From positions 172,980,001-173,044,000 of the forward strand of contig OZ024741.1 in the NCBI GenBank assembly GCA_964016885.1: DNA of 64,000 nucleotides. The letters are read 5' to 3'. The notes below the pieces were generated by a model. The model did no database searches and had not been told where the DNA came from. It worked only from the letters and a program-made list of their open reading frames with translations. The translations under genes and the position numbers were made by a program. The stretch is from Eledone cirrhosa (Eukaryota). This document shows, in pieces, positions 50,613 to 62,780 of this stretch (positions are counted from its first letter, which is position 1; each line of letters opens with the position of its first letter).

Positions 50613-53600
50613 ATGACCTCACTCAGAATAGGCAGCATAAATGCGCGTGGCTTGGGGTCGTCATGGAAGCAGGGCCACCTGCTCAACGACCTCAGGTCAC
50701 TAAACATAGATGTAGTGGCCATCAGCGAGACCAGAATCTCCGAAGCACAGGCTTTCGCACCGATCTTCGGCGGCTACGATGTGTACGCATCTCCCAGCCG
50801 TCCGGGATCGGGGGGAGGAGTTGCTGTGCTTTTTCGGAGAGGTTTGGATCTTGCCATACGGGCCATCTTCCTGGACCCAGAAGGTAAGTTGGTGGTGCTG
50901 GACGTGACCAGCGGAGACGGGCAAGCTTTCAGGTTAGTGGCCGTCTATGCCCCGACAGGAGCAGGGCGGCCTGATTTCTTCCGGCGTCTGGAGACCTTTC
51001 TTGGAACGTCCCGCTCTTTAGTGTTAGTGGGCGACTGGAACGGGATCTTAGATGCACGCTGGGATTGTGTGGGATTAGTGGATAGGGAAGGAGGGTGCAA
51101 GAGTCTCACCAACCTGCTCAGACGTTTTGAACTGTCTGACAGGTACCGAATGGATTTCCCGAATGTACCAATGTGGACTTGGACAAATCGCATAGGGTCA
51201 TCCAGATCATATCTAGATAGAGTATTTTGTAGGGAAATAGATAGGTCTACCATAGGCTGTCCACAATTCAAGATAGTCAGCTACACGGACCACAAATTCG
51301 TGATCTGTGTGCTTGACTTAGATAGGCTTCATAGACGAGGACCCGGCTACTGGAAGCTAAACGCGTCCTTACCAGCGCGCAAGGCCTACAGAGACCAGAT
51401 TAGCGAACTAGTTAAGCGGGCGTTGACGGGGGCCATCGTCAACAACAAGTGGTGGTTTGCTCTGAAAAGAGCAATTAGAATAGAGTCCATTAGGTTTAGT
51501 AAGACTTTAGCAATAGAGAAAAATAGAGCAGAGGGAGAATTAGTTAGAAAATTAGATGAGGCGCTTAGCAAAGGCATCGCGACCGACGTACTTGCGGCGA
51601 AATTGGCCCTTGACCAATTCTTCAATGCAAAGCACGAAGGCTGCGTTGTCAGAGCTAGGGTGCCTGCTCTCAGACACGAGGGGACGAAAGCCGTTCAATG
51701 GGCCCGAGTGGCGGAGGCGCGTCGTGGCAACAAAGCCACGATCCGGTCTTTGGTGGACCACGACGGGCGCATGCTACTCGATCCCGGGCAAATGTGTGAA
51801 GCTTTTCAGCGACACTTCGCTCAACTGTTCGGTGGCAGTGGCGGGCCGGATCGAGGGATGGACTTTAGTGTCTACCTCGACGGACTGCCGCGGCTTTCGG
51901 CCACTGAGGCGGAGTGTTGCGAAAAGCCGATAACAATCGCTGAAGTACGGGACGCAATGACTAGTTGCACAAGGGGTAAATCGCCTGGTTTGGATGGTCT
52001 GCCCTATGAACTTTACGTACAAATGACAAACTTGTTCGGAGGCCTCTTGGCGGACGTCTACTGCAACTGGCAACAGAACGGGAGAATTCCCAGCTCTGTG
52101 AGCCGAGGAGCGGTGGCGCTGCTGAGAAAGGATCCGAACAAGGGGGATAACATAGATAATTTTAGGCCCATAACTCTGCTAAACACAGAGTTCAAGATTT
52201 TGGCCAAGGTGCTAGCAAAGAGGTTGGCGCTTGTCGTTGGTGGTCTGGTGGGAGAGGCACAGACATGCGCCATTCCCGACAGATCCATCCACGACAACCT
52301 CCACCTCATGCGATACATCGTAGAGAGGGTAGCTAGGGAACATGGCACGGGTGGGTCTTTGATCAATTTAGATCAGTCGAAAGCCTTCGATAGGGTCGAC
52401 CATCGTTACCTAGCGGCAGTCCTGAGGGCGGCTGGCTTTGGGCCCGTCTTCAGAGGCTGGATCGCTGCCATGCACAGCGACATCTGCTCTGTAGTGAGAG
52501 TGAGCGGTCACCTTTCGGAACCGTTCAACATCATGCGCTCGGTCCGCCAAGGATGTCCCCTCTCGTCCCTATTGTACGTATTGACTCTCGAGCCATTACT
52601 GCACAAACTGGAGACGTTGAGGGGGGTCCCGCGCGAACTAGGATGCGGAAGATCCGTGTCAGCATATGCGGACGATGTCACCGTAGTGGTGTCGAACGCC
52701 AAACACATCGAGGCGATTGGCACTACACTAAGAGAATACGAAGCGGTGACAGGAGCAATGATCAACCAGGAAAAGTCAGTGGGCCTGCAGCTCGGCACCT
52801 GGAGAGGCAGGTCCATGCCGTCCAACAGCGTCGTCGGGCGCTGGACGGACGGACCGGTTAAATTGCTAGGGGTCTGGTTCGGTCCAGACCTCCAGACGGA
52901 CAAAAACTGGGACGAGGTGACGAGCAGGGTGGCTTCTCTCACCCAGAAATGGGCCGAGAGGAAGCTATCCCTGAAAGGTCGAGCGGAGGTGGCGAATGCG
53001 TACATCGCATCCGTCATCTACTACCGCCTGACCGTCGTACCTTGTCCTAAGCCCCGCCTGACTGCGCTGGAGCGTTTGCTCTTTCGCTTCTTGTGGAAGG
53101 GACGCGCTCCGATGGTCAGGCGGTCCATCTGCTGTCAACACCCGCTACGTGGAGGGCTGGGCATGCCGTGGCTGATGATGCGCAGACACGCGCTAAAGCT
53201 ACGACATCTCCACCTCTTCCTCGACGGTGATCAGGTGTGGTTGCCGTTTGCAAGACACGTTTTTCCCCAGCTCGTCTCCTTGACGGAGCTGCAATCCTGG
53301 GTCAAGCGAAGACCGAGAGGGAGCGCTTGGAGACTGGAATGTCTTCAGGCGCTCACAGCCCTCGACCAATCGGGCAATGTGATCGGTGGAAACTCCACCT
53401 TGGCGTTCTATAGGGGATTAGTGGAGGGGAAGAGCGACGACGTACTTGGAGAAACTCTAGGCGTCGACGAAAATCAACTAGCCAATCTCTTCGGAAGGAC
53501 TTTCGGGCCGGGGCCTATGGACAACTTCCAGAAATCCCTGGCCTGGCAGTGCTACCGAGGAGCTTTGCCAGTTCGGGATAAACTCTACAGGCATGGAGGT

Positions 53601-54017
53601 GCCGTCAGCCGGGCATGTCCGAGATGCGCGCAGGGCGACGAAACCGTCCTGCACGCACTCGTCCAGTGTCCGAGCATTGCTCACTTGTGGGTTTATGTCG
53701 AACACCTGCTGTCACGTGTAGGACGGATCCAGCTATCAGCTGAGTCCATCGTGAGGATTGCCCCGCCCCCTTCCTTTAGCCTGGAAGGACAGGCAGTTTT
53801 TATCTGTCTGGTGGCCATGGCGAAAGAGATAGTATGGTGGACACGTTTGAAAGGGCTGAAGACAAGCACTTACCTCTTCGGTGATGCCCTGATTAACTTT
53901 TTCAAATTTCATTTGAAAAGGAAAATCAGGGTAGAGAGGGAAGTGCTCTCTTCCCAGCATTTTGTTGAAAGATGGGTGAGAGAAGCAAGTATGGCCCGAA
54001 TGAGTATGTGTCTGTAA
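50613..54017 (+). CDS. Tx1/L1 ORF2p: APE endonuclease + reverse transcriptase + C-terminal CCHC (intact, 1134 aa)
   Basis: SINARG, ISET, GDWNG, SYLD, TDH; NFRPITLL, LDQSKAFD, RQGCPLS, YADD; CPRC..ETVLHALVQC. Confidence 0.95.
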   Translation: MTSLRIGSINARGLGSSWKQGHLLNDLRSLNIDVVAISETRISEAQAFAPIFGGYDVYASPSRPGSGGGVAVLFRRGLDLAIRAIFLDPEGKLVVLDVTSGDGQAFRLVAVYAPTGAGRPDFFRRLETFLGTSRSLVLVGDWNGILDARWDCVGLVDREGGCKSLTNLLRRFELSDRYRMDFPNVPMWTWTNRIGSSRSYLDRVFCREIDRSTIGCPQFKIVSYTDHKFVICVLDLDRLHRRGPGYWKLNASLPARKAYRDQISELVKRALTGAIVNNKWWFALKRAIRIESIRFSKTLAIEKNRAEGELVRKLDEALSKGIATDVLAAKLALDQFFNAKHEGCVVRARVPALRHEGTKAVQWARVAEARRGNKATIRSLVDHDGRMLLDPGQMCEAFQRHFAQLFGGSGGPDRGMDFSVYLDGLPRLSATEAECCEKPITIAEVRDAMTSCTRGKSPGLDGLPYELYVQMTNLFGGLLADVYCNWQQNGRIPSSVSRGAVALLRKDPNKGDNIDNFRPITLLNTEFKILAKVLAKRLALVVGGLVGEAQTCAIPDRSIHDNLHLMRYIVERVAREHGTGGSLINLDQSKAFDRVDHRYLAAVLRAAGFGPVFRGWIAAMHSDICSVVRVSGHLSEPFNIMRSVRQGCPLSSLLYVLTLEPLLHKLETLRGVPRELGCGRSVSAYADDVTVVVSNAKHIEAIGTTLREYEAVTGAMINQEKSVGLQLGTWRGRSMPSNSVVGRWTDGPVKLLGVWFGPDLQTDKNWDEVTSRVASLTQKWAERKLSLKGRAEVANAYIASVIYYRLTVVPCPKPRLTALERLLFRFLWKGRAPMVRRSICCQHPLRGGLGMPWLMMRRHALKLRHLHLFLDGDQVWLPFARHVFPQLVSLTELQSWVKRRPRGSAWRLECLQALTALDQSGNVIGGNSTLAFYRGLVEGKSDDVLGETLGVDENQLANLFGRTFGPGPMDNFQKSLAWQCYRGALPVRDKLYRHGGAVSRACPRCAQGDETVLHALVQCPSIAHLWVYVEHLLSRVGRIQLSAESIVRIAPPPSFSLEGQAVFICLVAMAKEIVWWTRLKGLKTSTYLFGDALINFFKFHLKRKIRVEREVLSSQHFVERWVREASMARMSMCL

Positions 54018-54259
54018 ATTAAAGGTGGAAAACTGGGAGAGGGCAATTGCCCTGGTGGTCAGGGCCACTGTGGTCTTTTAATGGGCTTTCTCCACAAATG
54101 TCCCTTGGAAGTCTCCCCCCTATTGGGGAATTTTTCTTTGTTATTTTATTTCAACCTCTGTTTTTTTACACGCAGAAATGCCCATTTGTACCGTCCTGTA
54201 TTGTCCTGTACTGTCCTTAATGTCTACTTTATGTGAACCCTTGTGGTTAATAAAAAAAA

Positions 54260-54311
<52 letters not shown>

Positions 54312-54710
54312 AGGCGGTGGATTGGCAGTATCGGTAGAGGGTCAGACGCCATGCTTTGACGCATTGAGTTACGACCCTTGCCATTCTGAGTTCAAATGGT
54401 TCAAATGCCGCCGAGGTTAACTTTGCCTTTCATCCTTACGGGGTCGATAAAATAAAGTACCAGTAATACACTGGCCTTGTTCCAAAAGTAGAAACAATTA
54501 TTATTATTATTATAAACAAGTGGATTGGCAGTATCGGTAGAGGGTCGGACGCCATGCTTTCAAGCATAGTTACGTCCCTTTACGATCTGAGTTCAAATCC
54601 CGCCGAGGTTGACTTTGCCTTTCATCCTTACGGGGCCGATAAAATAAAGTACCAGTAATGCACTGGGTATTTGCTGGCCTTGTGCCTAAAGTAGAAACAA
54701 TTATTATTAT
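54312..54710 (+). mobile_element. Two tandem tRNA/Nin-like SINEs with (ATT)n tails
   Basis: aaggcggtggattggcagtatcggtagag..gagttcaaat..gaaacaattattatt occurs twice. Confidence 0.82.
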
Positions 54711-54805
54711 AAACAAGAAAGACGTGTGTATTTATATATATATTCATCTCAAGTATCCGGGTACTTTCCTATGCAATTTTTCTATACATATGTGTGCGTG
54801 TGTGT

Positions 54806-54866
<61 letters not shown>

Positions 54867-56082
54867 GTGTATGTGCGTGTGTGTATGTGCGTGTGCGTGC
54901 GTGTGCGCGTGTGTGTGTGTGCGTGTGTGTACGTGTGTGCGTATGTGTGCGTGCGTGTGTGCGTGTGTGTTTAAGTATTATAATGGTTAATATGAATCTG
55001 GGTAGGAAAAAGCAACTGGAGATTCTTGAATATACTCCAACAGAACATTGTTTATAATGAAGACCCCCATCCTTCTGTCATTACAACCCTTTCAGTTTCA
55101 GAGCCATAATGTAGTGAATCTTATTAAACAGTTCAAGGAACTGAAATGCATTCAAATAAAATGCCACTCGACTCTACGACCTATATCTTAATATGATTAA
55201 ATTCTTGGTTACGAAGAAACCTGTGAAAGGAGACAAGACAAAACAAAAATCTAATGAAACGCATACAAGTAATTCATAAACTTCAGTTTCAGTTTAATAC
55301 AAGGATTCTATCAACATGTGTTAGACAACTCCTGCATGCTGTTGTTGATTATGTTAAAGCCACAGGCAATAGAATAGCTAAAATAAAAACTCACAAAAAG
55401 CCACGGGGAGATAATTAAAGAAGTAAATCCAATTATTGAATTTGATGATGTCGAGACTGTTAAATTCATTTTATATGGTATATCATCTAGGATACATAAT
55501 TCTGGGAGAATATGGCTAAAATGAAATTTTAACGTAATATTAAAGTATTAGTCTTTATTTTTCAATAGTTATCTATATCGGAATCCTCTTTGTCCTTCAT
55601 CCTATCTTATCGGAATCCGCTTTGTCATTTATCTATCTGAGGTTGTGATTTAACCGCACACAAGTCAATCCTGATCGAATATTCCTTATGATCTAAAACA
55701 GAGGTTCTGAAACTTGTGGGGCCATCGTGGGCACGAACCCGCCTAACCATATTTCCAGAGAGACCTACCAACCTACATGCATATTGTAAATAATATATCA
55801 TAAATAAAGTCGTTATTTTGTATATAACAAATATAATATATACTTTGTATAAATAAATATATATTTTTTTTATTTTACTATATTTATATATAACACTAGA
55901 TCACCCGTGACCAGTTGGGTCACGTTCTCTTCAAAATATTTTTTTTAAATCCTGTTCACTTTAAAATAATTTTTAAATAATACAAATATACACAGACATG
56001 TATATAATGTGAAATGGAACTGGAAAGCCCATATATATACGTGTGTGTATGTATATATATATAAATATTTGTGTGTGTATAT

Positions 56083-59025
56083 CACCTTGACCACCTTGAC
56101 CGACCAGTCTGTCGGTCGTCCATTCAGCGCCGCTGGTCACAGCACGTCGCCCATTCCTCTCTGGATCGTTCTTTCCACATCCATGTATTCCCAATCGTAT
56201 TCTTAAAATCGTAACTCCACCCTCGTGGAGGCCTTCCGAGTGGTCGTTTCCGCTCGCGCGGGTACCACTCGGCAACTGCGCAGGTCCACTGATTATCGGT
56301 GAACCGAGCGACGTGTCCAGCCCATCTGAACTTGCTGCGCATATATTCCGTGATGACGTCCCTCACGCCGGACTTCTGTCTGATGACTTCGCCCCTGATG
56401 TGCTCTCTCAACGAGATTCCTAGCATTGATCTCTCCATGGCTCTTTGAGCCGTTACCAGTCTCTGCTGTTCTCTCTTCGTTGTAGCCCAAGTTTCACTGC
56501 CATATAACATTGCAGGTAAAACTGTGCTATTGAAGAGGTTGGCGCGGGTGGTCTTGTCCAACCTCCCCTTGAGCACATCCCTTATGCCGTTGAACGCCTT
56601 CCATCCGGCCCTTACTCTCCGCGAGATCTCCTTCTCAATGTCTCGGCGCATGTTCACTTCTTGTCCCAGGTAGACGTATTCCTCCACCTCCTCTATTTCA
56701 TCACCGCCAACCACCATTCGACCTGTTGGTACGTTGTCGTACCGCATGAACTTCGTTTTCATGCGGTTCATCTTGAGGCCTACTGCAGAGCTTTTGATGT
56801 CGAGCTCCGTCAGCATGGTCTGAAGCTGATCCGTGGTTTCAGCGATGAGTACGATGTCATCAGCGAAACGGAGATGGGTAAGTATCTCGCCGTTGATGTT
56901 GACACCGCCTTGCTAGTCAATGCCTCTGATGATCTGCTCGAGACACGCGGTGAAAAGTTTTGGAGAGATCGTATCTCCTTGCTTCACTCCCTTCTCGACC
57001 GGCACTCGTACGGGTGATGACAGCAGAGCCTATGTCGGTGGTGCATCCGGAACTCGCCTCCCTGAGCAGTTGAACGTATTGCGCTTCGACTCCTTGCCTC
57101 TGCAGCGAGTTCAGCACTGCGTTGATTTCGACGCTGTCGAAGGCCTTCTAGAAGTCTACGAACGCGACGCAAAGAGGCATCTTGTACTCTTTTGCTCGCT
57201 CAAGCAGTTGTGTCAGAGTAAATATGTGGTCCATCGTGCTGTAATTTTTCCGGAAGCCGGCTTGTTCTCTCGGTTGCTGTTCATCCAAATGACGTGATAA
57301 CCTGTTCAGGATTATCTTCGTGAACAGCTTGTTCACGTGAGACAGCAGGCATATGGGTCGGTAGTTCTTCAGATCTTCTCTATCACCCTTCTTGTATAGC
57401 AGGATGGTATTCGACTCTTTCCACTGCGAGGGTATTCTTCCCTCGTCCAGATAGTGTGTGAATCGCTCGGCGAGGATTTTCAAGAGCTGCTCTCAGTCTG
57501 ACTTCAACACCTTCGATGTTATGCCGTCTTTCCCTGGCGCCTTTCCGCTTTCGACCTCACCGACAAGGATGGGTGGCACATTTTCTTCCTGTTGGAGTGA
57601 CGGCAACGGCTGCACACTCCCGGCAGACTTGAAGAGCTTGGTGTAGAAGTCTTCGCAACCCTTTTCCACCTCACTCTTGTCGCTGACCGGTACTCCAGCT
57701 GTGTTTTTCAGGGTCGTCACCTCCGATCTGTACATTGTCATGTCCCTCTCGCATTTCTTGAGGCTCTTCTTTTCCTTTGCGGCCTTCAGGAGCTTCTCCA
57801 TCCGGTATGCCTCGAAGTCTCTCTTCAGTTGTTGACGTATCACTCTGCTGAGAAGGGAATATTCAGGTGTCCTCTTCATATTCTTCATCTTCTTAAGTAA
57901 CTTCATAGTTTCCTCCGAGACTCTTCCCTTCGGGCACACACCCTTAGCCTTCCTCAAGCACTCCTTCAGTTTCCTTATCAGTGATTTGTAGTCAGCGTCT
58001 ATGCCGTCTCCTTGACGCCACTTTTCCTGCATAATGGCTTCCTGCAGCTGCGCCTCGTTGAAGACCCGGATGCGTTCTCCCTTCGACGCCAAATGCGGCG
58101 CCTTCTTCTCCCTCGTCCGGTCGATGACGACCCTCGCCCTCACCATACGATGATCACTGCCAGTGTTGAATGGCGTGATGACGGAGACGTCCTGCAGTAT
58201 GCGTCGCTTGTCGACCAAGATGTAGTCAATCTCGTTTCGGTGCTCAGAATTTGGCGATACCCAGGTCCATCTCTTCTCGTTCTTCCTGAATAGACTGTTT
58301 CCGATGTAGAGCCGTCTCGCCTCCACCATGGTGACCAGACGCTCTCCTCTCTCATTTCGCTCTCCTAGGCCGAATCTTCCGACATACTCTTCCCCTTGCC
58401 GTCCCTGTCCGACCTTTGCGTTGAACTCTCCCATTACGACAGTGTAAGTGGACTTCACAGCTAGCACTTTGTCTAGCTGGCGATAGAATTCTTCCACCTC
58501 ATCGTCGTCGCTGGCACTTGTGGGAGCGTAGGTCTGGAAGATCTTGAGGGTGACCTTCTCTAGAGAGGTTCACGTTCAGTACACCAATCCGTGACGATAT
58601 GAACTGGCAAGAAGCGACCTTCGAAGCCCATTCCTTGCTTACGATGAACCCTATACCTCCGACCGATCTGGCACCCTCTGCTTTCCCGAGTCTCAAGGCG
58701 CATCCATCTTGCCATCGCGAACTCGCCTCCTTCTTCTGGTGGGTCTCGCACAGCCCTACAACGTCGCACCTAATCTTCTTCTTCTCCTCCATTAGGTGGT
58801 TCAGTCCTTGCCCCCCTTTTAAAGACCTGCAGTTGTAGGTGCATATGGCAAGGTTAGTCCTGTTCTTTGGCGGCCTTCGGGAACCTGTGATTCTTAGCAG
58901 CCTCTCGTCGCTCGGGTTGCACTCCGCCGTCGGGGAGTGGCCCAATTGACGCGCACGGTACTGAGGCCCTTTTCTTCGTGCTGTTTTAACCATAAGATCA
59001 CGCCATCCCACTGGCTGGACGGGCA
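56083..59025 (-). mobile_element. Near full-length RTE-clade LINE (APE + RT), frameshifted
   Basis: CTYNCR, GLCET, GEFNAKVG, EIDYIL, GSDH; NYRPICLL, EQAGFR, VKQGDTISP, LRFADD, YVYLG, WAGHVAR. (ggtcaaggt) tail. Confidence 0.92.
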
Positions 59026-59774
59026 CATATATATATACACACACCACTCATATGTATCTATCTATATATATATATATACATGCACAACAACACCACCAGC
59101 TCTCTTCCATTTTCCAGTCTCTGTCTCCTCTCTCTCTCTCTATGTCTCTCTTTCAATCTACTCTGTCACAACCACTATCTCTTCTTCTCTCTCTCTATCT
59201 CTCACTGTTTATGAAGGTACCCGTAAAAACCCATACCTTGGGAACCCGTGGTTCGATTTACGTGAAACTTGTTTTATTCTATTTGTATTCCCATTTCAGG
59301 GTCAACTTCCTTTCAAAGTATTTTCCCATTATGCGCTGTGTTGGTTGTATTACATTACAGACAAGCAAGTAAGCAACCACAGACCTTTAGTATTATACTA
59401 GCAGAATGGCTCGGCGTTGCTCGGCATTTGCTCTAGGGTTGTTATATATTTGATATATATTTATCCTTATTGAGCCTCGTGAAATAAATACGCTTGTTTA
59501 TATTTTGTTATTGTGTATGCAAAAATATCTGTACACGAATATATATATATATATATATCCCACAATGTGTCCAAAATCACCCTCCTCGACAAGCAAGCTT
59601 AGTCGGGTTACCTGTTTAGTCGCCCACGACCCGACCATGCACATACATACACACTCACGCACATACATACATATTTACATACATACATACAACATACACA
59701 CACATATATATACACACATACATACATACATACATACATACATACATACATACATACATACATACATACATACA

Positions 59775-60310
<536 letters not shown>

Positions 60311-60493
60311 CTCTCTCTCTCCCTTTCTTTCCTTCTCCCTCTCTCTTTCTCTCTCTCTGTGCCATTCTTTCACTCAATCCACCCTGCATTCAATGTTAGC
60401 GTAAGTATATGTGTAAATATATATCTTAGTGTAGATGTATGCGTGAGACCAGCGTCTATTTATATAAATGTCTATACATTTTTATGTATAAGG

Positions 60494-60562
<69 letters not shown>

Positions 60563-60618
60563 CGCGCGTGCGTGCGCGTGTGCGTGTGCGTGTGTGGGGG
60601 TGTGGGTGTGGGGGTGGG

Positions 60619-60668
<50 letters not shown>

Positions 60669-60724
60669 AACCAAGTCATCCTCGATTATAAGTCATGACC
60701 ATAATTGTAAGCGTGTCTGTGTAA

Positions 60725-61050
60725 AGGCGCATGTCTTCGTAGTTAGAGCGTATGGCTCGCGATCGCAAGATTATGAGTTCAATTCCTAGCAACATGGTGT
60801 GTCTTTGAGTAAGAAACTTTATTACACGTTGCCCCAGTACATTCTGCTTGCAAAAATTAGTTTTATTTGCATTTCAAAGGACCAACTTTGCGACACACCC
60901 TGTCATGCTGGATCTCTCAATGAAATACGTAACGGACACACGTTTCTGAGAAATGCTCAATCACTTCCGCGTTAACTTCTTGGCCGGGCTGTTCCGGTGT
61001 TCGAACAACTGGAACACTCGTCGCTGGAACCGACGGAGGTCCAACAACAA
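60725..61050 (+). mobile_element. tRNA-derived CORE-like SINE
   Basis: A-box-like cgtagttagagcg, B-box gagttcaattcc and CORE-like tgtgtctttgagtaagaaacttt. (caa) tail. Confidence 0.65.
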
Positions 61051-61134
61051 TAACATGTGTGTCTGCATACATCTCACTGTTATCACTCAGATAGTGATAA
61101 TACTAACATCCATGTTTATGTACATATAACAGTA

Positions 61135-61394
61135 AAAAGGTAAAGACCCCCCCCCCCTTTGTCACGAGTGTCCAATTGATTTGTACCTCCGAGGGACAAG
61201 CCCTGGCAAGGTTGTTTGAGGAAGACCAGCAGTCGCCCATGCATACCAGCCTCCTCTCTCCACTTCGCTGCTTAAACTGGAACAACGTGAAATAAAGTGT
61301 CTTGCTCAAGAACACAACGCAAAGCCTGGCCCGAGAATCAAACTCACAACCTCACGATTGCAAGCTCATCGCTCTAATCACTAAGCCATGCGCC
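61135..61394 (-). mobile_element. tRNA-derived CORE-like SINE with a different tail
   Basis: Minus strand reads ggcgcatggcttagtgattagagcg..gagtttgattc..tgtgttcttgagcaagacacttt. Confidence 0.65.
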
Positions 61395-61680
61395 CTCACT
61401 TATATGACAGTATTCACCCACATATTTATGCATATAGTTGTGTGTCTATGTGCATGTCTATGTGTATGTATATGTGTATGCGCGTCTGAACGTTTTCAAT
61501 TATTCGTCAGATAGTTTATAAATATAAACGTATCTATTTGTTTATGCATGAAATTAAATGTGGCGACGGCTGACTCCAATAGCGTCTAGAGTGGCAAACC
61601 AAAGACTGGCTGCACTAACTGCAGAAACATGATTGATGTGTGTGTATTTCTTTTTTGTTTGTTTGCTTTTTGTTGAGGAG

Positions 61681-61712
61681 TATCACTAGTTAGATGTGTG
61701 TTGTTGGAGGGT

Positions 61713-61760
<48 letters not shown>

Positions 61761-61792
61761 ACCCTCCAACAACACACATCTAACTAGTGATA
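61681..61792. repeat. Perfect 112-bp palindrome (34-bp arms + (AT)22 centre)
   Basis: tatcactagttagatgtgtgttgttggagggtgg-(at)22-exact reverse complement. Confidence 0.95.
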
Positions 61793-61813
61793 TATATTCT
61801 TCGAATGAAAAGA

Positions 61814-61897
61814 ACCTTCTGACGAGAATCTTTCTTTGCAACGAAGGCCGTATGGTCTCCGTTTATTTTTGAGATTCGAAACCGATTCGGTAAAGGT
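61814..61897 (+). ncRNA. Type I hammerhead with extended stem II, in a (TA)n-terminated element (about 61793-61968)
   Basis: acctt-CTGACGA-gaatctt..gagattc-GAAA-ccg-att-cgg-TA-aaggt. Fully canonical core with a GUA cleavage site. Confidence 0.88.
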
Positions 61898-61965
61898 AAC
61901 CATAGTAGGTAAAGTCAATTTTTTAAAATTTATTTTGAAACTTTTTCATTATTTGCTAAACCTTG

Positions 61966-62033
<68 letters not shown>

Positions 62034-62054
62034 TTTATTTATATTATATATGTA

Positions 62055-62372
62055 ATAATTATTTCTACTTTTGGCACAAGGCCAGCAATTACCCAGTGCA
62101 TTACTGGTACTTTATTTTATCGACCCCGTAAGGATGAAAGGCAAAGTTAACCTCGGCGGGATTTGAACTCAGACCGTAAAAAGACGTAACTCTATGCTGG
62201 AAAGCATGGCGTCCGACCCTCTACCGATCCTGCCAATCCACTGCCCTTTTACATTTGTATATGTAATAATTGTTTCTACTTTAGGCACAAGGCCAGCAAT
62301 TACCCAGTGCATTACTGGTACTTTATTCTATCGACCCCGTAAGGATGAAAGGCAAAGTCAACCTCGGCGGGA
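62055..62372 (-). mobile_element. Two tandem tRNA/Nin-like SINE copies
   Basis: Match the SINE consensus. Confidence 0.8.
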
Positions 62373-62706
62373 TGTGTGTGTGTGTGAACATATTTATATT
62401 TAGCAACAAGCTTTCAACCACTGGTGATGCTATGATGCCGTACTTAAGAACCACCATCGTGCCAACTTCAGCGTGCTAAACCTTAACTTTTTAAGATTCT
62501 GAAATGTTTGTATTACTGGAAACGAGAGTTATGAATGGATATATGGAGTGTAAGAGTAGAAAAGCGACCTTAATATGTGTAGAAGCTGGAGAAAAGAAAA
62601 GAATTATGACAGACAGAGTTAGGAGAGAGAGAGGCAGACGGGAGACTAGACAATTGAGAACGGAAGCTGGATAGATAGATAGATATATAGATACATAGAT
62701 AGATAA

Positions 62707-62777
<71 letters not shown>

Positions 62778-62780
62778 TAT

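Larger units (their letters stand above)
48363..54260 (+). mobile_element. Full-length Tx1/L1-clade LINE inserted in (ATT)n
   Basis: 5'UTR, ORF1, ORF2 and a 3'UTR ending aataaaaaaaac. (ATT)n on both sides. Confidence 0.92.

Noticed and set aside
56068-59045. Inverted-looking flanks of the RTE (gtgtgtgtatat / atatatacacacac)
   Set aside because: Low-complexity dinucleotide sequence, expected by chance here.
61483-61515. Minus-strand CTGACGA-ataatt-GAAA-acgt-TC
   Set aside because: Core-like, but stem I does not pair. It cannot be distinguished from chance or a dead copy.
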